From Gammaproteobacteria bacterium (GTDB taxonomy: Bacteria; Pseudomonadota; Gammaproteobacteria; Eutrophobiales; Eutrophobiaceae), in assembly GCA_965261775.1 (NCBI GenBank), contig OZ253477.1, positions 933,239 through 997,238 of the forward strand: 64,000 nt of DNA, read 5' to 3'. The translations under genes and the position numbers were made by a program. Positions within the stretch are counted from its first letter, which is position 1, and each line of letters starts with the position of its first letter. The notes below the pieces were generated by a model. It was not told where the DNA came from and searched no databases. It saw only the letters and a list, made by a program, of their open reading frames with translations. Below, one piece after another: positions 44,544-54,330 of this stretch.

Positions 44544-45179
44544 TTACTGTTTGAGGGAAATATCTGTGGTACTCGATTTTTCTTTATCAACAAGCTGGTT
44601 AGTAATTCTCAGCATATTTGAAAAGCTACCAGCGGTAGAGCTGCTAATCATGTATTTCCCGTTGACGATAATTGCTGGCACTCCGGTCACCTTGTAACGC
44701 TGGACCATGATAAATGCTTCTTTTACCTTCCGGTCAATTTCATCAGACTCATACACTTCACTGAACCGATCTTGATCGACCCCCTGTTCAATGAAAAACG
44801 CCTTGATGGCCTTGTTCCCAAAAATCCGTCTCCCCTGCTGGTGGATAGCGTTGAAAAGAGCCTCGTGTATTTCGTCCAGTACGTCCAGTTTTCCGGCAGT
44901 GTAGTACGCCTTGGCATGCGGGATTGAGTTTTTACGAAAAACGCCCGGCATCCGTCGAAAATCGACATCATCTGGCTTGCTTTCCAACCATTGCTCAATG
45001 TAAGGCTCAAAGTCATGACAATGCGGACAGGAATAAAGGAAAATTTCAAGCACTTCAATCTTATCGCTGTTTTCGGTCGGTTGTGCGGGAGAGATTTCAA
45101 CATATCCGTCTGCCGCCTTGAGTGGTGCGCTTGACGTTAATAATAATACGAAGGCAAAAAATATAATGCGGTTTTTCAT
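44544..45179 (-). CDS. dsbA: thiol:disulfide interchange protein DsbA
   Basis: Signal peptide and CPHC active site. 211 aa. Confidence 0.9.
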   Translation of the reverse strand: MKNRIIFFAFVLLLTSSAPLKAADGYVEISPAQPTENSDKIEVLEIFLYSCPHCHDFEPYIEQWLESKPDDVDFRRMPGVFRKNSIPHAKAYYTAGKLDVLDEIHEALFNAIHQQGRRIFGNKAIKAFFIEQGVDQDRFSEVYESDEIDRKVKEAFIMVQRYKVTGVPAIIVNGKYMISSSTAGSFSNMLRITNQLVDKEKSSTTDISLKQ

Positions 45180-45277
45180 AATAATTATTTCCGCAGGTTA
45201 TTTTTCCAAAAACAAGATTAAAAATACAAAGACAGACCGTAAAACACGCAATTTGTTTTGTATCATCATTGAAACAG

Positions 45278-45883
45278 TCAATGTAGCCCCTGGATATAAT
45301 TTGACACTGATTCAATCTGCTCGTCCGTCATTGAATCAGTGACAGAAAGCATGACACTATTGACACGTTCTCCAGCCTTGTACATCTTCAATTGCGTCGC
45401 CGTATAGAGGGCATGCTGACCGCTAAGGGCAGGATATATCGCCCCCGGATTTCCGTCCCCGCTCGGCCCGTGGCAAGCCATACATGCCGGAACCCCTGCC
45501 GCTTTATCACCATAGCGATAAATTCTTTCGCCCATCCCAATGTTTTCGGCCCTGGCAACGCCCGGCTTGATCTCCTGATCGGCGTAATAAGCGCCCAGAT
45601 CCTGCAGATCCTCCAGACTGAGATTGGCGACGATAATTTTCATCTGTGCGTTGTCGCGTTTACCGCTCTTAAAATCCTGCAACTGCTTTGTAATGTAGGT
45701 CGCATGCTGTCCGGCAAGTTTGGGCCAAACGGGATTGACACTGTTGCCATCGGCATTGTGACAGGCGACACAAGTCTGCGAAAGCGTTTTTCCTCTTGCC
45801 ACATCGCCACTATCGGCAATGCTCTGGCCGACAGCCAGCAACATCAACACAGCAGCGAACAGCGCAGGCGATTTCATGTTCAT
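45278..45883 (-). CDS. diheme cytochrome c4
   Basis: Signal peptide and two CxxCH motifs (CVACH and CMACH). About 200 aa. Confidence 0.88.
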   Translation of the reverse strand: MNMKSPALFAAVLMLLAVGQSIADSGDVARGKTLSQTCVACHNADGNSVNPVWPKLAGQHATYITKQLQDFKSGKRDNAQMKIIVANLSLEDLQDLGAYYADQEIKPGVARAENIGMGERIYRYGDKAAGVPACMACHGPSGDGNPGAIYPALSGQHALYTATQLKMYKAGERVNSVMLSVTDSMTDEQIESVSNYIQGLH

Positions 45884-46093
45884 GACCCTTTTAAAAATAA
45901 CACGTGGTCTGCGTTACACATTATTATTGCCAGGCCTGTTTGGTACATACATTTATACAAACCTATGTCAATATTATGATGATCCCGCGAGGAAATTGTA
46001 AAAACCATGTGCAAACAACCACATCCCAGAGTGATAAACAAGTGTGTTATATTACACGGCCATTTGTCGTTTGTCACAACAAATTAAAACAAC

Positions 46094-46711
46094 ATGAGTA
46101 GGCACACGTCAAAATTGACGGGGAACTGGTTCAACCGTTTTGAATTTTCCCAGGGGGTAATGTCCATAAAACAGTTACCCGCCGACGTAGGTGGGGAAGT
46201 CGCCTTCGCTGGACGTTCCAATACCGGGAAATCAAGCGTCATCAATAAGTTAACCAACCGCAAGGGGTTGGCCAGAACCGGAAAGCGGCCTGGAAGGACA
46301 CGCGAAATCAATTATTTTTCCTGTGATCAGCACACGCATATTGTGGATTTACCCGGTTACGGTTATGCCGAAGTCAATGCCAGTTTACGGAATACATGGG
46401 CAACGTTGCTGGACTATTATCTGCGCGAACGACAGGCATTGCGGGGCATTTTTCTGATTATGGATATTCGTCGCCCACCGGGCAAGTTTGACCGACAGAT
46501 GCTGGATTATTGCCAGAACCGTGATCTGCTTTTACATATTTTACTGAATAAATCCGACAAGCTTTCACGAAGCGCAGGGGCAAAGGCCATGGAAAAGGTA
46601 AAAGAATGGGCGCCGGATAATACGAACACACAGCTTTTTTCCGCGCTTAAAGGCGATGGGGTGGAAACCGCCCGCACTAGACTCGCCACCTGGCTTTTTT
46701 CTGATAAATAA
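46094..46711 (+). CDS. engB: ribosome biogenesis GTPase YihA/EngB
   Basis: VAFAGRSNTGKSS G1 motif, DLPGYGY. Divergent from cytochrome c4 / dsbA as in pseudomonads. Confidence 0.9.
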   Translation: MSRHTSKLTGNWFNRFEFSQGVMSIKQLPADVGGEVAFAGRSNTGKSSVINKLTNRKGLARTGKRPGRTREINYFSCDQHTHIVDLPGYGYAEVNASLRNTWATLLDYYLRERQALRGIFLIMDIRRPPGKFDRQMLDYCQNRDLLLHILLNKSDKLSRSAGAKAMEKVKEWAPDNTNTQLFSALKGDGVETARTRLATWLFSDK

Positions 46712-46716
46712 AAAAA

Positions 46717-46760
46717 CGCCCCGGTTCTATAATTTTAGGGAAGGGGTTAGCAACCGGGGC
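46717..46760. terminator. 9-bp-stem hairpin flanked by an A-run (plus strand) / T-run (minus strand); functions best as a minus-strand terminator
   Basis: gccccggtt...aaccggggc. On the minus strand it is followed by GTTTTTTTATTT. Confidence 0.5.
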
Positions 46761-47078
46761 AACAAAATAACAACTAGTGTCATTATTATTCGCTAGGTGG
46801 GTAAGCGTTTATGTGTTTTTAGAGAATGTATCTCTCCAAGAGTTCCCTCAATTTTGAGTTTCCTCAATTTTAGCCTTTTTGAAAAAATTCATCCCCCTGC
46901 CCGGTGTCGTCAACGGTAAGAATACGACGTTTGAAAACAAGCCCTGCCGGAAAAATAAATTTTTTTTACAAGTCATTGATATAAATAATCTTTTTAAAAC
47001 TGGTTAATTTTTAGTAGTTTTGCGAATATGAGATAACCAAGCTATTTTTAGCTTCATATACGCATAACGTCCACAGAT

Positions 47079-47101
47079 TTATCCACAGAAAATGTGGATA
47101 A
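47079..47101. promoter_or_regulatory. inverted pair of perfect DnaA boxes (TTATCCACA-N5-TGTGGATAA) in a 440-bp AT-rich intergenic region
   Basis: Read directly. Both 9-mers match the canonical R-box consensus exactly. Confidence 0.7.
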
Positions 47102-47186
47102 AAAAATGCGCCGCATGGGCAAATAGTTAACCTGATAAAATTAGAATTAATATTAAGTTCAGCGACAAAAGAAAGCGATTTTCGGT

Positions 47187-48638
47187 TTAGTGAATCACTT
47201 TCAGCAGTTCATTTTTTTGCGGTTCTCCTTTCGGAAATTTTCCGTTCAACAACCGCAATTGGGGTTCGGCATTGGTCAACGGTGAACTCCGGGCCAGATC
47301 GGCAAAACGTGTTTTTTCATCGGCCTGCACGACATCGAGTCGTAACGGGACGGCCTGCTGCCGTTCATTTGGCGTCAGTTGGTGAAAACTTTTCGCCGTG
47401 TTTAGTATGATCTCGTCAAATTTTTTACGCTCATCCGCTTTCTTTGAGACACCGGCGATAATATAGGCGAGTTGCCTGAAGTAAATGACCGTAAAACGCG
47501 CCGGTTTTGGTCCCTGTTCGGTACTGACAACCGCAACGCCGGTATGGGCGTCCAGACCGTTGATCTTCAACGCCCGGTCATGACTCAAATTGCCAAAACG
47601 CTGGATCATAAAATCCCGGGGAGATACGTTTTTATCAGACGCTACCGCGCTGATCTGCATAAAGGCACGTCCATTGGGAGCAGTCAACATGATAGCCTCC
47701 TGCTGGTTTTTCACATACCAGTTTTCAGGAAGGATTATCGCGAAATCAAGCTCGGGATGCAAAAAACGCCGCCCCCGCACAAAGCCATCGGACGAACTAC
47801 CGCCAAAGACCATTCCATCGATCAGCGCCATATATCTTCCATGCCCGACATATTGCTTTTGCCCCGAAGTGCTAAAGGCGCGCGCCGTACCGACGACTTC
47901 CTGCAAACGCTTGTCATTATCCGGATGGGTCGAAAAAACACCATGATAGATATGCGGTTCGCGCCCTTCTTTTTTAGCCTGTTCCCGTTCGAAGATTTCC
48001 TGATCTTTCAATATACCGATGACATCCAGCATGGCATTCGGATCATAATTGGCTCTGGCAAGATATTCTGCCCCGAGGCGGTCGGCTTCCAGTTCATGCT
48101 GGCGACCGTAACCGCGCAATAATGCCGTACCGAAAAGCCGGCCTAGTTCAATGGACGCACGGTCCATGCCCGGAATGAGTACACTGCCGAGCACCAGACC
48201 AATACCAGTCATTGTCGAGGCACTGTACTGACGCACGGAATGACGCGCGGTAACATGACCAATCTCATGTCCGAGGATGGCGGCAAGTTCCGCTTCGGAT
48301 TTCAAATAGGCCATCAGTCCGCGGGTAATATAAATATAACCTCCCGGCAGAGCAAAGGCATTGACTTCCTTGCTGTCCAGCACAGTAAAACGATAGTCCA
48401 GATTGCGACGATGAGTGTTCGCGGCGAGGCGGTCGCCGATATCCTGAACATATTTCTGCAAGGCGGTATTGTTATAAACACCGTATTGATCAAGTATTTC
48501 CTGATGCGCCCTGTCTCCGAGGGCAATTTCCTCTCTTTCCGAGAGTAAAACCAGTTCCTGGCGCCCGCTGACAGGATTGACGGCGCAACCTTCAACGACA
48601 AAAATCAACGTGAAAAATAGCAGTTGTTTTCTGATCAT
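47187..48638 (-). CDS. M48-family zinc metallopeptidase lipoprotein with a C-terminal accessory domain
   Basis: HEIGHVTARH zinc motif, lipobox LIFVVEGCA. ATG at 48638 gives MIRKQLLFF... Confidence 0.75.
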   Translation of the reverse strand: MIRKQLLFFTLIFVVEGCAVNPVSGRQELVLLSEREEIALGDRAHQEILDQYGVYNNTALQKYVQDIGDRLAANTHRRNLDYRFTVLDSKEVNAFALPGGYIYITRGLMAYLKSEAELAAILGHEIGHVTARHSVRQYSASTMTGIGLVLGSVLIPGMDRASIELGRLFGTALLRGYGRQHELEADRLGAEYLARANYDPNAMLDVIGILKDQEIFEREQAKKEGREPHIYHGVFSTHPDNDKRLQEVVGTARAFSTSGQKQYVGHGRYMALIDGMVFGGSSSDGFVRGRRFLHPELDFAIILPENWYVKNQQEAIMLTAPNGRAFMQISAVASDKNVSPRDFMIQRFGNLSHDRALKINGLDAHTGVAVVSTEQGPKPARFTVIYFRQLAYIIAGVSKKADERKKFDEIILNTAKSFHQLTPNERQQAVPLRLDVVQADEKTRFADLARSSPLTNAEPQLRLLNGKFPKGEPQKNELLKVIH

Positions 48639-49306
48639 TAGTTTTGCGATACCGATGCCTGTTACATAATCATTATGCGCATTAATGTCCAAATCATGCC
48701 TTACACGCATGTGCATGTCGTCAATTGTTCGGGTAGTGTGACTCCGTTTTCTGGATTTAACCATAGCCCTGACTGATTGTCACCAATGCCCCGCATAAGA
48801 TGATAAAAAAATCACCCACACCGCAGATAAAGCCAAAAACCGGACTTGTTCAGGAACGCGGCATACTCCACAAGACCCGGCATTCGCCGCCAGCGGTATC
48901 ACAGGATGATGGCAATCAGTATGTGAAATATTGGGGACTACTTTACAAGGGTATTACCAATCTTTCGCGTAGCGTTTTCGCTGAATGCTGGCCACGTCTC
49001 TCAAAAAATGGCACTGGCGTGTGATCATGCACCATATCTTCCACTATCGTAGTGCAGACTGACACGTTTTATTGTGTCGTAGTCTCTCTGCAAATCTGCG
49101 CCGCCGCCGAAACGGCACCCGGTTTGGATATATTAATCCCCGGCAGGTAAATATAGTATCACCGTCAATGATGTCATCAACACAGGATATCGATCAATGC
49201 GATCTCCCACGCCATGGTCATGCCCTGCCAGGACGAAACCGGGCGTACACGGCAGAATACAGGCTGAAAAGGCTTAAAACCCGGAGGTATAAACGGGCAC
49301 GCGTCT

Positions 49307-49513
49307 TTATGAAGACATGCCGTATTTACGACGGAATTTATCAACCCGGCCGGCACTGTCCACCATTCTCTGCTTGCCGGTGTAGAAAGGATGGCATTCA
49401 GAGCAGACATCAAGATGCAACTCGCCTGTATAGGTGGAACAGGTTTTGAACGTGTTGCCGCAACTGCACCGTACTGTCACTTCCTGATAGGTCGGGTGAA
49501 TATCTGTTTTCAT
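49307..49513 (-). CDS. rpmE: 50S ribosomal protein L31
   Basis: [22 protein letters not shown]...[10 protein letters not shown]. 68 aa. Confidence 0.95.
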   Translation of the reverse strand: MKTDIHPTYQEVTVRCSCGNTFKTCSTYTGELHLDVCSECHPFYTGKQRMVDSAGRVDKFRRKYGMSS

Positions 49514-49615
49514 TTTAACTCCGGTTTCTTTGATATTTTATCGGCGGCGTATTTTATGTTAAAAAATCCTGCGGGGCAATACCATCCCCTGCATTTATTT
49601 TTCAAACGGTGTCTG

Positions 49616-50386
49616 TTACAGCAGAAATTCTGCAACTACCGGCGTATGGTCGGAAGGCCGTTCCAGTTTCCTCGGGGCTTTATCAATGTAGCAACCACGG
49701 CAAATCCTGACCAATGCAGCACTCGCCAGAATATGGTCGATTCTCAGACCGCGATTACGCCGGAATGCGGCAGCCCGATAATCCCACCATGAAAAACTCC
49801 GGGGTTCCTGTTCAAACAGACGGAAACAGTCACTCAGACCATGCTCCAGCATCTTTTGAAATTCCAGACGTTCAGCCCCGCTGACCAGCACACTGTCTTT
49901 CCATTCATCGGGGTCATGTACGTCCCGATCTTCCGGTGCAATATTGAAATCACCCAACACAATCAGACGGTCGTTATCCGCCTTTAAGTCGGCGATAAAC
50001 GGATGTAACTTGGAAAACCACTCCAGTTTATAGTGATATTTTTCCGAACCAGGTTCTGAACCGTTTGGAACATAAAGATTCAATATTGTCAGGCCGGCAC
50101 TTTTGACCGCCAGTACGCGCCGTTGCTCATCGACATAATCCGGCAGACGAGCGGCGATGTTTTCAACAGGTAATTTGCATAGTATGGCGACACCATTATA
50201 GGTTTTCTGACCGATAAAGCTCGCCTCGTAACCGGCTTTTCCAATGGCATCAAGCGGAAAATTGTCGTCCGTCAGTTTGGTCTCCTGTAATGCCAGCACA
50301 TCGGGCTGACAGGTCTTCAGCCATTGCAATACATGGGGAAGCCTGACCTTGAGCGAATTGACATTCCAAGTGGCGATCTTGAACAT
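49616..50386 (-). CDS. xthA: exodeoxyribonuclease III
   Basis: FKIATWNVNSLKVRLPHVL...LQETK is the EEP-fold nuclease signature. 256 aa. Confidence 0.92.
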   Translation of the reverse strand: MFKIATWNVNSLKVRLPHVLQWLKTCQPDVLALQETKLTDDNFPLDAIGKAGYEASFIGQKTYNGVAILCKLPVENIAARLPDYVDEQRRVLAVKSAGLTILNLYVPNGSEPGSEKYHYKLEWFSKLHPFIADLKADNDRLIVLGDFNIAPEDRDVHDPDEWKDSVLVSGAERLEFQKMLEHGLSDCFRLFEQEPRSFSWWDYRAAAFRRNRGLRIDHILASAALVRICRGCYIDKAPRKLERPSDHTPVVAEFLL

Positions 50387-50398
50387 AGCAACACTTTT

Positions 50399-52468
50399 TC
50401 AAGCGGTAATACCGGCGTGTCGCAACAAAGGTTCTATACTCGGTTCACGTCCGCGGAATTCCACAAATAAATCCATCGGATCACGGCTACCGCCTCGCTC
50501 CAATATGGCCCGTAAAAACTCCCGACCGGTTTTTCGATCAAAAATACCGTTTTCCTCAAATTTGGAAAAGGCGTCGGATGATAATACCTCGGCCCACTTA
50601 TAGCTGTAGTAACCGGCGGCATAGCCACCGGCAAAGATATGCGAAAAACTGTGTTGAAAGCGATTAAACGAAGGCACATCAAATACGGCGACCTGCTCTC
50701 GCACCGCGTTTAACAACGTCTGAATATCCATATCTTCACGATTAGCAAACTCCAGGTGCAAACGAAAGTCAAAGAGGGCGTATTCCAGCTGTCGCGCCAT
50801 ATCCATACCGGCGTGCAATACCTTGTCCCCGCGCATTTTTTCATACAAGACAGCATCAATCCGGTCGCCGCTGTCGATATGTCTGGCGAACAGATCCAGT
50901 GCCTCCTTTTCCCAGCACCAGTTTTCCATAAACTGGCTGGGCAGTTCGACTGCATCCCAGGGCACGCCGTTAATCCCCGATACACCGGCACAATCAACCC
51001 GGCTTAACAGATGATGAAGACCATGACCAAACTCGTGAAACATCGTAATCACCTCATCATGCGTCAACAAGGGAGGTTTACCACCGATGGGCGGAGTAAA
51101 ATTGCAGTTCAGATAGGCGACTGGATGCTGGATACCCTCTACCGTTTTCCGCCGGACAATACACTCATCCATCCAGGCGCCCCCCTGTTTGTTTTTACGT
51201 GCGTATAAATCAAGATAAAAGCCGCCTTGGGGTCTGCCAGCGGCATTAACAATATCAAAGAACATCACATCATCATGCCAGGTTTCAACACCTGCACGCT
51301 GTTTGATATTCACACCATAGAGTTTTCGAGTTACGGCAAAAAGACCTTCAATAACCTGCTTGACAGGAAAGTAAGGCCGCAACATCTCCTGCGAGAGGCC
51401 AAACTTTTCCTGCCGCAACTTTTGCGTATAGTATTCCACATTCCAAGCCTGGAGTTTTTTGACCTGCCCGACCCTTGCTGCAAATTTCGTTAAACGGGAA
51501 AATTCCTGCTGTGCTGCTGCATGGGTACACCGGGAAAGATCGTTGAGAAAGCGCATGACCTGCTTTGGATCTTTCGCCATTTTTGTCACAAGCGAATAGT
51601 GCGCGTAGCTTTCAAAACCCAGTAAGCGAGCCTTTTCCGTCCGATATTTGAGAATATCGTACATGATTTCACCATTATCCCATTGTGTGCCGCCGGGGAA
51701 CTGTTCAGAAGCGCGGGTAACATAGGCAGTGTACATTTCCTTTCTCAAGTCTTCACTGTCGGCATAGCGCATTACCGGCATATAGGAAGGAAAATCAAGC
51801 GTGAACAGCCAACCTCTTTTTCCCTCCTCCTTTGCGTTCTGCGCGGCGCTTTCAATGGCAGAGTCGGGCAATCCGCACAAGACATCTTTACAAGTGATCA
51901 GTTTTTTCCACGCACGGGTCGCGTCCAGCACATTCTCCGAAAAGCGGGTTTGCAATTTTGATAGTTTCTTTTGAATAGTACTGTAACGCTTCTTGTCGCG
52001 GGCATTCAGGTAAACTCCAGACAAACGAAAATCGCGCAGGGTGTTATGCACGGCTTTCCGTCGGGCGGGGCTCAATGACGTAAACGACGGGTCGGCAGCA
52101 ATAGCTTCAAAGGCATGGAACAAGGACTCATTCTGTCCTATCCAGGTTGTATAGTCGGATAGCTTTGTCAAACAGTTCCGATACGACCGGCGTAACTGTT
52201 TGTTATCCGCCACGGCATGTAAATGACGCACGGGAGACCAGTTTCGCTCCAGTACATCATCCATATCTTCAAGTTCCTGTAGCAAACTATCGCCGGTGTA
52301 ATGCAATGTCCGTTGCAGCAAAGACTCAATACGCTCACGATTAACCGTTATCAAATCGTCAATGACAGGTTCAATATCCACCGCCCTGATAGAAGCGAAG
52401 GCGGGCAGACCATCCGCCCCGAGCAGAGACTTATTCCCGTCATGAGACAAGGTAAATACCTCTACCAT
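50399..52468 (-). CDS. prlC: oligopeptidase A (M3 family)
   Basis: HEFGHGLHH zinc motif. 689 aa. Confidence 0.9.
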   Translation of the reverse strand: MVEVFTLSHDGNKSLLGADGLPAFASIRAVDIEPVIDDLITVNRERIESLLQRTLHYTGDSLLQELEDMDDVLERNWSPVRHLHAVADNKQLRRSYRNCLTKLSDYTTWIGQNESLFHAFEAIAADPSFTSLSPARRKAVHNTLRDFRLSGVYLNARDKKRYSTIQKKLSKLQTRFSENVLDATRAWKKLITCKDVLCGLPDSAIESAAQNAKEEGKRGWLFTLDFPSYMPVMRYADSEDLRKEMYTAYVTRASEQFPGGTQWDNGEIMYDILKYRTEKARLLGFESYAHYSLVTKMAKDPKQVMRFLNDLSRCTHAAAQQEFSRLTKFAARVGQVKKLQAWNVEYYTQKLRQEKFGLSQEMLRPYFPVKQVIEGLFAVTRKLYGVNIKQRAGVETWHDDVMFFDIVNAAGRPQGGFYLDLYARKNKQGGAWMDECIVRRKTVEGIQHPVAYLNCNFTPPIGGKPPLLTHDEVITMFHEFGHGLHHLLSRVDCAGVSGINGVPWDAVELPSQFMENWCWEKEALDLFARHIDSGDRIDAVLYEKMRGDKVLHAGMDMARQLEYALFDFRLHLEFANREDMDIQTLLNAVREQVAVFDVPSFNRFQHSFSHIFAGGYAAGYYSYKWAEVLSSDAFSKFEENGIFDRKTGREFLRAILERGGSRDPMDLFVEFRGREPSIEPLLRHAGITA

Positions 52469-52495
52469 CCCGCCAGCTCTAGTTTATACGGTCGG

Positions 52496-53470
52496 TCAGG
52501 AAGCCAGACGCAGGCTGATCAAGTAAAACGCAGTAGCGCCGCATAGACAAAACAGGATTAACCAAAACAGGGAATGAAGATGCAGTTTCCGGGTCAGGGT
52601 ATTCTGTTCAACGGCGGACAGAATGAATGGCCGCCGACTGTCGTTGGTTTTACCTATCCGATTGATCGGTGGTATTTTTTTCCGTTCGCCATATTTCTTT
52701 TTGGCCTCCTGATAAGCGGCTTCCCTGACTTTCTGCCATTCCTGCATGGACAGTTTGCCGTCTTTATTTGAATCAAACCGTTTCATTAACGTTTCCGTAT
52801 CTTGTTTCCATTCACGCAACAAGTCGCGTACATCGGCATTGACGTCAAGTGTCGTGCCCGCCCCACCTATCGTCTCGTACAGGCCAATAGCATAAAGACG
52901 ATTACCGGGATATAACAATTTCTCTGTATATCGATACTTCTTAAAGCTGCCCCCAAAACCGCTAAGAGAAATAAGTTTGTCCAAAGCGGGTATTTTACGC
53001 GCTGTTGGCGGACGGCGCGAGGGCGTATCGCTGTCGCCATACCACACATAGCCGTCTTTAACAGTAACGGACGCCCTCTCGGGGTCAATGATACATTGAC
53101 CGGTTTCATCTTTAATCAGAAACAACGAATCGCTCGCCTCTCTACGTACGGTATACCATCTGTTGCTTTTCGAGGTTGTCCTCCGCTTTTCAAGCCGATA
53201 TTCATACCAGAGACAGGTATCGCCGGAGAATGGCGAGGTAATGGGCTGCCCCTCGATCAAGTGGCCATGGCCGACAAGCTCAACATAGCCCTGCGAGGCG
53301 GAGCGGATCTTTGCGGTCGGCGTATCTTCAATAATGCGTTTTCGGTGGATCAGGCTGAAGGTACGGAAAAAAGAAACTCCACAGATGATCACCAATAAAA
53401 CGGCGTAAAACCAGAATTCATCGTCAGGCGCATTTTCAACCCACTGCGCCACTTTTGAAAAGATACCCAT
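52496..53470 (-). CDS. double-TM membrane protein with EF-hand Ca-binding loop, tandem copy 1 (possible GIDE-like family)
   Basis: N-terminal TM FWFYAVLLVIICGVSFF, C-terminal TM LFWLILFCLCGATAFYLISL, EF-hand loop DSNKDGKLSMQE. AGGAGG Shine-Dalgarno. Confidence 0.7.
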   Translation of the reverse strand: MGIFSKVAQWVENAPDDEFWFYAVLLVIICGVSFFRTFSLIHRKRIIEDTPTAKIRSASQGYVELVGHGHLIEGQPITSPFSGDTCLWYEYRLEKRRTTSKSNRWYTVRREASDSLFLIKDETGQCIIDPERASVTVKDGYVWYGDSDTPSRRPPTARKIPALDKLISLSGFGGSFKKYRYTEKLLYPGNRLYAIGLYETIGGAGTTLDVNADVRDLLREWKQDTETLMKRFDSNKDGKLSMQEWQKVREAAYQEAKKKYGERKKIPPINRIGKTNDSRRPFILSAVEQNTLTRKLHLHSLFWLILFCLCGATAFYLISLRLAS

Positions 53471-53482
53471 CTCGTAGACCTC

Positions 53483-54064
53483 CTAGCCGAAAAGCGCCTT
53501 GATATCTACATCCTTTTTTTCTTCCTCGTCAAATTCAAGCAAACTCGCCTCACGAAAGGCCAGCGCTCTGGCCACAATGATATCCGGGAACTGTTCAATA
53601 CGGATATTGTTGACGTTGACCGACTCATTATAAAATTCGCGGCGGTCGGCAATAGCGTCTTCAAGACCCGATATCCTGGTCTGCAGATGATTGAATGTCT
53701 CATTGGCCTTTAAGTCGGGATAAGCCTCGGCCAGGGCAAATAAATTACCAAGACCCAGCCGCAACTGGCCTTCCGCCGGGCCGAGGGAGGCAATATCCCC
53801 TTGTTCTCTGGCCGCCGCCACAGCAGCCCGCGCGCGCATCACCTTTTCCAGTGTCTCCTGTTCAAAACCCATATATTGCTTACAGGTATCGACCAGCTTG
53901 GGAAGCTCTTCATGGCGCTGTTTCAGCAAGATATCAATATTGGACCACGACTTGGTGACATTATGCTTCAACGACACCAGATTGTTATAAATGACCACGC
54001 CATAGACCACAACGGCCACAATAGCAAAGACGATAACCAATAAAATAACGCTCAACACTTCCAT
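53483..54064 (-). CDS. lemA: LemA family protein (intact copy)
   Basis: N-terminal TM then the LemA domain (...NLFALAEAYPDLKANETF...YNESV). GGGAGG Shine-Dalgarno before ATG 54064. Confidence 0.8.
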   Translation of the reverse strand: MEVLSVILLVIVFAIVAVVVYGVVIYNNLVSLKHNVTKSWSNIDILLKQRHEELPKLVDTCKQYMGFEQETLEKVMRARAAVAAAREQGDIASLGPAEGQLRLGLGNLFALAEAYPDLKANETFNHLQTRISGLEDAIADRREFYNESVNVNNIRIEQFPDIIVARALAFREASLLEFDEEEKKDVDIKALFG

Positions 54065-54210
54065 TATTGCCTCCCGCACTTTTACGCCAAAGCAAAGCTA
54101 AAGTTACAGTATACCTGTGGTTTTTTCATTCACACAATGCGAATGGCCGGCCTCATTCACAATACAGCGCTTATTTACTATAGTAATCCCTATTATATAT
54201 CTTTTTCAAT

Positions 54211-54303
54211 ATCCGCTGCCTTGATAGAAGCGAAGGCGGGCAGACCATCCGCCCCGAGCAGAGACTTATGCCCGTTATGAGACAAGGTAAATACCTCTAC
54301 CAT
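54211..54303 (-). pseudogene. duplicated 5' fragment of prlC (start codon plus about 30 codons) carried along in amplification unit 2
   Basis: About 90% identical to 52377-52468. The ATG is retained and the frame closes after about 36 codons. Confidence 0.8.
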
Positions 54304-54330
54304 CCCGCCGACCCCGGTTTATGCGGTTGG

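Noticed and set aside
44294-44554. 86-aa ORF between gltB and dsbA
   Set aside because: It sits in the gltB promoter / dsbA terminator region and overlaps the dsbA stop convergently. It has no motifs or Shine-Dalgarno. It could still be a real small protein, but there is no support from sequence alone.
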